Of a stretch of 64,000 nt of DNA, positions 58,556 through 64,000 are shown one piece after another; positions within the stretch are counted from its first letter, which is position 1; each line of letters starts with the position of its first letter. This DNA comes from an uncultured delta proteobacterium. Its GTDB lineage: Bacteria > Desulfobacterota > Desulfuromonadia > Geobacterales > DSM-12255. The translations under genes and the position numbers were made by a program. The stretch is from contig CAWBBV010000006.1 of assembly GCA_963787125.1 (NCBI GenBank), positions 160,001-224,000 of the forward strand, given 5' to 3'. The notes below the pieces were generated by a model. It had not been told where the DNA came from. It searched no databases and saw only the letters and a program-made list of their open reading frames with translations.

Positions 58556-58855
58556 AATACCCGTTTTTACTTGCTCTTTCCTCGAGGTCACGCCATTCGG
58601 CAATTTTACTTTCCAAATATCTGAGCTGACTTGTACGGTCTCTGCTGAAGAAGTGGCTTAACTCACTTGAAAGATCAATACGTATAAAAATTCTATTAGG
58701 TTTGTCCTGGTCCTGGTCGGTAAGGCCAAGTTTTATCAGGTTCTTCGAATCAATCGATTTTCCCAAATTTAATTCAAACACCAAATAGGCAGGCTGATTG
58801 TAATATATACCTATCCAACATCTATTTCCTTCTGTGTAGTAACCGATATACTCTT

Positions 58856-60105
58856 TGAACTTCCCCCGAGATTGTGGACAGTCCGAAAAGCTGCTACAAA
58901 AGCAGACGGAGGACAGTCATGGTATCGAAGAGAAAGTCGTTCACCCGCGAGTTCAAGATCGAAACGATCAAACTGGTTACCGATGGAGGTGCCGATGTAA
59001 ACCAGATAGCGAGCGATATGGGGATTCACCCCAACACGCTTTACAACTGGATCAGGCAGTTATCGGTTAAACCTGAAGAAGCGTTTCCCGGCAAAGGGCA
59101 TATGACCTCTGACGCGGAGATAATCCGTCAACTTAAGCGTGAAAATGAGCGTTTAAAGATGGAGCGTGAAATCTTAAAAAAAGCAATGGCCATCTTTTCA
59201 AAAGACCCGACTTGACCTTTAGCTTCATCCGTGAGAATCAGACTGAGTTTCGGATCTCCATCATGTGTAGCGTTTTCGACGTTTCACGGAGCGGATATTA
59301 CGCCTGGTTAAAACAGCCAGAAGGCAAAAAAAGTCAAGAAGATCAAGCGCTATCAGAGGTGATCAAAGAGATTCACCAAGAGAGCAATCGCACCTACGGA
59401 AGTCCCAGGGTGCACCGGGAACTACAGAGGCGCGGCAAGCATTACGGTCGTAACAAGATTGCCCGCCTGATGAGAAAAGATGGCCTTAGAGCGAAGACGA
59501 AGCGCAAGTTCAAGGCAACGACCAACTCTAAGCATAAGTTGCCCGTGGCGGCCAACCTTCTCAATCGGGAGTTCACGCCAAAGCGGCCTAACCAGGCATG
59601 GGCCGCAGACATCACTTACATCTGGACCGGCGAGGGGTGGCTCTACCTGGCAATAGTTATGGACTTGTTTTCACGTGCCATCGTTGGGTGGTCCATGTCG
59701 GAGCGAATGACCCGGAATATTGTCATCGATGCTTTCATTCTCGCAGTTAAGCGACGAAACCCGCCGCGTGGACTGATTCATCATTCCGATAGAGGGTCGC
59801 AGTATGCAAGCATTGAATTCCAGGCCCTGTTAGTGAAAAATGGCACAACTTGCAGCATGAGTCGCAAAGGTAATTGTTGGGACAACGCACCGGCAGAAAG
59901 CTTCTTTGGGACACTTAAGAGAGAGCTTGTATTTCACTGCCAGTATTCAACCCGAGCCGATGCACGCCAGAGCATCTTCAGTTACATAGAACGTTTCTAT
60001 AACCGTAAAAGAATTCATTCTTCGCTGGGGTATCGGACTCCATACGAGGCGGATCAACTCAAATTTGCAGCTTAACACCCTGTCCACTGAACCGGGGGAA
60101 CTTCA
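58856..60105 (+). mobile_element. IS3-family element, 1250 bp
   Basis: 25-bp imperfect IRs TGAACTTCCCCCG...GTGGACA / TGTCCAC...CGGGGGAACTTCA; 3-bp target duplication CTT. Confidence 0.95.
58919..60075 (+). CDS. IS3 transposase OrfA/OrfB with -1 programmed frameshift
   Basis: OrfA HTH (FTREFK...LYNW); A7G at 59176-59183; Orf[25 protein letters not shown]. Confidence 0.93.
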
Positions 60106-60793
60106 CTTTCCCGCCGCTAAGCGGTTTTGATTTGATCGAATTATGCTCGATTGCTTTGCCAATCATATTAAGCAGATTGTGGAGCGACGTTACGCCTTCA
60201 ACAAGTTGCCAACTGACATGATCCATGACGATCCCCTTTGACTCTAAGAATTGCTTGAATTGATCGACTACATAACGGCTCAGATCTTTCGTAATTATAA
60301 GTTGTGTGAGGTACTCATAAATGTCAGACCATCTAAGACATAAATCCGGTTTATGGTGATTTAATCCGTTTCCTAAAGGATACTTAGTTAACAAAACAAG
60401 AAATGTATCAGCATAGCCACTCTTTGATAAAGCTGATCTGTAACGCTTTATCTGGTCCAGCCCCAATCCTGATTCGGATTTAACTTCAATATAGCCAAGA
60501 GATATTGTCGATTTGATCTGAATATCAGGCCTACCATCGCTTGTTGCTACCTGGGTGATAATAGTAACTTCATTACAATCGGCAGCAGTGACGTCGATGT
60601 GACCATTACTGATTTTTTTGAACAACTGGACAGCAGCAACCTGCTCATGTTCTTGCAAAAATTGAAGTAAATAGACGAATGCCTCCGTCATGAAGTTTTC
60701 GTCCTGCCGGTATGCCCAACGGTTCAATCTTGATAAAAGATCCATAGAAAATCAAACTCCTACAAGGTAAGTACGGGTTCCGGAAGCATATTG

Positions 60794-61687
60794 TTAACGC
60801 CCACTCACCCCTACCCCCGCCACAACAATCGGCATCTCAAACATGAACCCCAGATACGGCAACTCCCGCGCGGCCTTCTCGTAACTCATCATCCCTGAAT
60901 AAACCGGCGACCGCTCACTTACAGAGTTCTCCCGCGCTCGCTTCTGCCCCAACTCGCACAGGAGCGCCGCAAAGGCCGTCATCGGACAGAGAAGCAGGCC
61001 GAGCCTGGCAGCCCTGTATTTACGGGCCAGCATGAACTTTACATAGTCCTGGTAGTAGGAGCGGGCATTGCCGAACTCCACCTCTACCCAGATGCCGTTC
61101 TTCTCGAAATCGCACTTGAGCCCCAGTTCCGGCACAACCCGCTGCTCCCGCTGCCAGCCTCGATCAACTAATCCTGCGCTGATCAAACCGTTGTAGTCCG
61201 CCTGATTGAAAGCAGCATCATAATCCACCGCGGCCAGCGACTCCCTGATCTGGTGAATCTCTGTGATGCCCTCCATTTCCTGCCTCTCCAGGTGATGCAG
61301 CTGTAGAGCGCCGATCTGCAGGGCTGGAGCGGTACTCTTCAAAATCGGCTTGAACAGGAAGGTGAACGGCGCAACCTCGACAATCTCCAGCAGGTTCCCT
61401 GCTACCGATCCGCCGAATACCGCAGCCAGCCAGAGCCGCAGCCGCTCCTGTGACTTGTTTTCATAGCGGAACTGGAGATGGCCCGGTTTGTTGTTCAAGC
61501 GGCGTATCTCGGCCTTCACCGGTTCTTCAGCACCGCAGAGTATTGTCACCGCGACCTTGCCGCCCTTCTCTATCGCCCGCAGCCGCTCCGTCTGCGCCTC
61601 AAGCGGAATCGTCACGCCGTACCTGAAGGTGGACAGACCGACCGGGTGGAGGAACTTCAAGTTTTCAAACAAAGAAGGCTGCATCAT
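60794..61687 (-). CDS. BglII/BstYI-like restriction endonuclease domain with an extra N-terminal domain
   Basis: CDFEKNGIWVEVEFGN...QDYVKF...MSYEK. Confidence 0.75.
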   Translation of the reverse strand: MMQPSLFENLKFLHPVGLSTFRYGVTIPLEAQTERLRAIEKGGKVAVTILCGAEEPVKAEIRRLNNKPGHLQFRYENKSQERLRLWLAAVFGGSVAGNLLEIVEVAPFTFLFKPILKSTAPALQIGALQLHHLERQEMEGITEIHQIRESLAAVDYDAAFNQADYNGLISAGLVDRGWQREQRVVPELGLKCDFEKNGIWVEVEFGNARSYYQDYVKFMLARKYRAARLGLLLCPMTAFAALLCELGQKRARENSVSERSPVYSGMMSYEKAARELPYLGFMFEMPIVVAGVGVSGR

Positions 61688-62499
61688 GTGTGCAAGAACA
61701 CCTCTTCCCGGTGCATCTGCATAAACTCGGCATCCGGTGGAAACTTCTCCGGCATCACGATCTGCTTCCCTTCGTAATCAAGGAAGTTACGCGCAAGCGA
61801 ATCGTTCGGCAAATACTCTCGCAGATAAGGGCTGAGTACAAGACGATACTCTTCGTCCAGAGTGATTAGCCCCTTGTCAAATGCAGCGTCCTGGGTCTGC
61901 GCAAGGCAAAGGCCATTCTGCGGATTAAGACGCTGCTCCGGGTATTTGCCCCACGGGAGGATGTGGCTTGCCACTAATAGCGCCGGAACCGGATTTCCGG
62001 TAATGCAGCAGCAGCTGTTGTAGGAAGCGAGCACGCTTTGGCGAAAGAACTGCTGGCCGAGGCGTGTCTTTACCGAGACGATCTTTTCTGTCGGTCCGGA
62101 AGGTTCTGTGATAGGGAGCTTGAATATGGATTGGCGGCGTGACGTGCTCTTTCCTGGCACAGCAGCCGGCTCCGCCACTTCGGTCTGCCCGATCAACAGT
62201 TGCAGCTGTTCTTCGCTGGTTACGCCATACTCTTCCCAATTGGCGGTGAACTCATTCCACGCTTCCCGATCAGCGCGACTTGCCCCCTGCAAACCCTTGA
62301 TGCCACGGGCCTGATGGTACGGGTCGAGCGAGGCAAGGTTGCACAGCTTCATGGAAAGGCTGCTGGGCGTCCTGCCGAGCTTTTGCGCGACTTCGATGAT
62401 CAGGGGGTTGCCATGGCGCAGCTGACCAAAGGGAAGCTTGCAATACAGGTTCATTGCCAGCATCAACTCATCATGTGACCACGCTTTACCTTGTGCCAT
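61684..62499 (-). CDS. HNH endonuclease with N-terminal helical domain
   Basis: WSHDEL...LGRTPSSL..KL.NLASLDP; RLGQQFFR..VL..Y...CCITG...ASHILPW...NGLCL...DAAFDKG. Confidence 0.88.
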   Translation of the reverse strand: MAQGKAWSHDELMLAMNLYCKLPFGQLRHGNPLIIEVAQKLGRTPSSLSMKLCNLASLDPYHQARGIKGLQGASRADREAWNEFTANWEEYGVTSEEQLQLLIGQTEVAEPAAVPGKSTSRRQSIFKLPITEPSGPTEKIVSVKTRLGQQFFRQSVLASYNSCCCITGNPVPALLVASHILPWGKYPEQRLNPQNGLCLAQTQDAAFDKGLITLDEEYRLVLSPYLREYLPNDSLARNFLDYEGKQIVMPEKFPPDAEFMQMHREEVFLHT

Positions 62500-62678
62500 T
62501 TACAGCCCTCAAAATCAAAAAAGCCGCTCCACCGGTCGATCCCGGCACAACGGCTTGCAGTCATCTATCTATGCCCATCTCCATCCACCCACTCCACACC
62601 ACCTCATAAATTCGCTTAATTAATACACTTTGTCTATCTTGACGTCAATGCGATTTAATGGCACTTGAAACGGCCTTA

Positions 62679-63347
62679 TTACTGCTCTAACAATTTGCGG
62701 GCTAAGCTATGCAGCTCTGAGTTTGCTAATGCGACCACCTTTTTCTTAACTGAACGGGAATAATACTCCTGTTCAGTCTTGGACAAAGGGAGGCCTTCGA
62801 GTTTTTTCTTAAACAGATCCTTCTGTTTTGGCGAAAAGAGCTGAGAAAGGGCATACGCTAGAGAAAACTCCTCATACTTCTCCTTGCTCCGCCTGGTTTT
62901 ATCAACGTTTTGTTCGAAGTACAGTTCAAACAGTTTCCTGAGACGCTTAGAGTCGAGTTCCTCATTATCCCAGGCTAGTGGTTGATTATGAGCTAGAGAG
63001 TTGCGCCACTCCTTTGCCTGAAACTTGTCTTCATTGGAGAGTTTCTTTTTAAGCTTGGTCAACCACGGAAATGTCAGGTGGTAGGACGAGTACACGGATG
63101 AAGACAGGAGTAACAGCTTGTGAAAGTTATTCTTATCCTGGTCAGATAAAAGTCGCTCAACCAGTTCGGGGGTAAACTGGTAGTTTTCAGCGGCATTTAC
63201 CAGCAGCACCGGAAATCCTTCCCAAAGACGGGTGTCATGGCTCTTAACCACATCTGCAAGAGTTTTATTAACATCCAGTTCCTCGCTTGGCTCAAGCATA
63301 GGAAAACCGAGCTTCGATAAGCTGTGCATCAGGTCATTGTTACTCAT
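62679..63347 (-). CDS. Hypothetical protein, probable partner (antitoxin-like) of the nucleotidyltransferase
   Basis: Overlaps the upstream gene; basic helical C-terminus FSPKQK...LSKTEQEYYSR. Confidence 0.7.
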   Translation of the reverse strand: MSNNDLMHSLSKLGFPMLEPSEELDVNKTLADVVKSHDTRLWEGFPVLLVNAAENYQFTPELVERLLSDQDKNNFHKLLLLSSSVYSSYHLTFPWLTKLKKKLSNEDKFQAKEWRNSLAHNQPLAWDNEELDSKRLRKLFELYFEQNVDKTRRSKEKYEEFSLAYALSQLFSPKQKDLFKKKLEGLPLSKTEQEYYSRSVKKKVVALANSELHSLARKLLEQ

Positions 63348-63942
63348 AGAGACCCTTCTCCTTTAGCAATGCAACGAAATGCTCAATGTTTGGTTTCAGC
63401 CGACTTTCTGCCACGTCATAGCTGACCATCTCATTGAAGTGCTCAATAAGCCCTGTTATGGATAAATCGGCTATATGGGCTTCAGCCAGAGCAAGGCAAT
63501 CCGCAAAATCGACTCTTGTCCCACGCATCAGCTTACTGGAAATCAGATCATAGTCGTTTAGGATGCCGATATAAAGGTGTGAGTACTCTTTTAAGAGAGT
63601 GTGCCTCCCCTCTTCCAATGGAGATGTCAGCAGCCCGGTTGTATGAATGGAGTTCCCACGAAAGATATCAAACTGAAATTGTTCCCCTGGTCGCTGCCAG
63701 CCCGCATGAGTTACCGGTTCATAATCCAACGCCTTGAGATTGTATATTAAATACTTATACTCACTGATACTCGGAACCATGAAATCTACATCTTTCGTCG
63801 ACGGTTTGACTCCAAGCAGGGTCATGGCTGTTCCACCACAAGCGATCAGGTGAACTTTGCGTCTGAGGACGCGGTTCCACTCCTCCATAATCTCAAGCAG
63901 CTGGTTTCTGTTTAGCCTGTAGTCCATTTTGTAGTTATCCAT
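63340..63942 (-). CDS. DUF6036/AbiEii-like nucleotidyltransferase
   Basis: GGTAM...TKDVDF...DLISSKL.R...D..D. Confidence 0.8.
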   Translation of the reverse strand: MDNYKMDYRLNRNQLLEIMEEWNRVLRRKVHLIACGGTAMTLLGVKPSTKDVDFMVPSISEYKYLIYNLKALDYEPVTHAGWQRPGEQFQFDIFRGNSIHTTGLLTSPLEEGRHTLLKEYSHLYIGILNDYDLISSKLMRGTRVDFADCLALAEAHIADLSITGLIEHFNEMVSYDVAESRLKPNIEHFVALLKEKGLYE

Positions 63943-64000
63943 ACAATATTTTGTACTTATTCATACAAACTCTTGTACAGTATTATACATTTAAACAATA

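Larger units (their letters stand above)
58554..60745 (-). pseudogene. PD-(D/E)XK nuclease-family gene interrupted by IS3
   Basis: ENFMTEAF...GRPDI...IEVK...QIKRY; removing the IS and one CTT restores a continuous 312-aa frame (...SGGKEYIGYY...VFELNLGK...). Confidence 0.85.
46498..64000. mobile_element. Defence/genomic island (right end outside the window)
   Basis: tRNA remnant boundary; abrupt switch to TA, restriction-type and IS genes with many fragments and mosaic base composition. Confidence 0.7.

Noticed and set aside
62505..62580. Possible C-terminal gene fragment upstream of the HNH gene (IDDCKPLCRDRPVERLF*)
   Set aside because: Too short to assign to any family by eye.
1..64000. 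CRISPR array, rRNA, integron attC array or prophage structural genes
   Set aside because: No regularly spaced short repeats or diagnostic genes were seen; the three 14-bp repeats are IS-associated.

Overview
Bacterial chromosomal window, probably from a Geobacteraceae/Desulfuromonadales-like organism (inferred from gene content, sigma54 promoters and a small di-heme cytochrome; not verified). It has four parts. (1) About 0.7-21.7 kb is a sigma54-preceded six-gene secreted DUF11/Ig-domain operon. Its domain layout suggests a donor-strand-complemented, possibly isopeptide-crosslinked surface fibre: an acceptor-only protein, two shaft-like subunits, a 2257-aa OmpA/beta-barrel anchor and two alternative tip adhesins. 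It also carries unusual RPP-motif leader peptides and homopolymer tracts. (2) About 21.9-26.7 kb is a TonB receptor-YfiR-hybrid kinase module. (3) About 26.7-46.4 kb holds ordinary genes, interrupted by a perfect tandem duplication of an IS6-like element. (4) From a degenerate tRNA-Leu 3' remnant at about 46.5 kb to the window end lies a decaying defence island. It contains dndA/dndE relics, a frameshifted SBD-HNH nuclease, TA pairs, RhuM, an intact four-gene MTase / GHKL(MORC)-histidine kinase / receiver / MBL-nuclease operon, an IS3-split PD-(D/E)XK gene, an HNH plus BglII-like nuclease pair and a nucleotidyltransferase pair. All family calls come from motif recognition by eye; no database searches were run.
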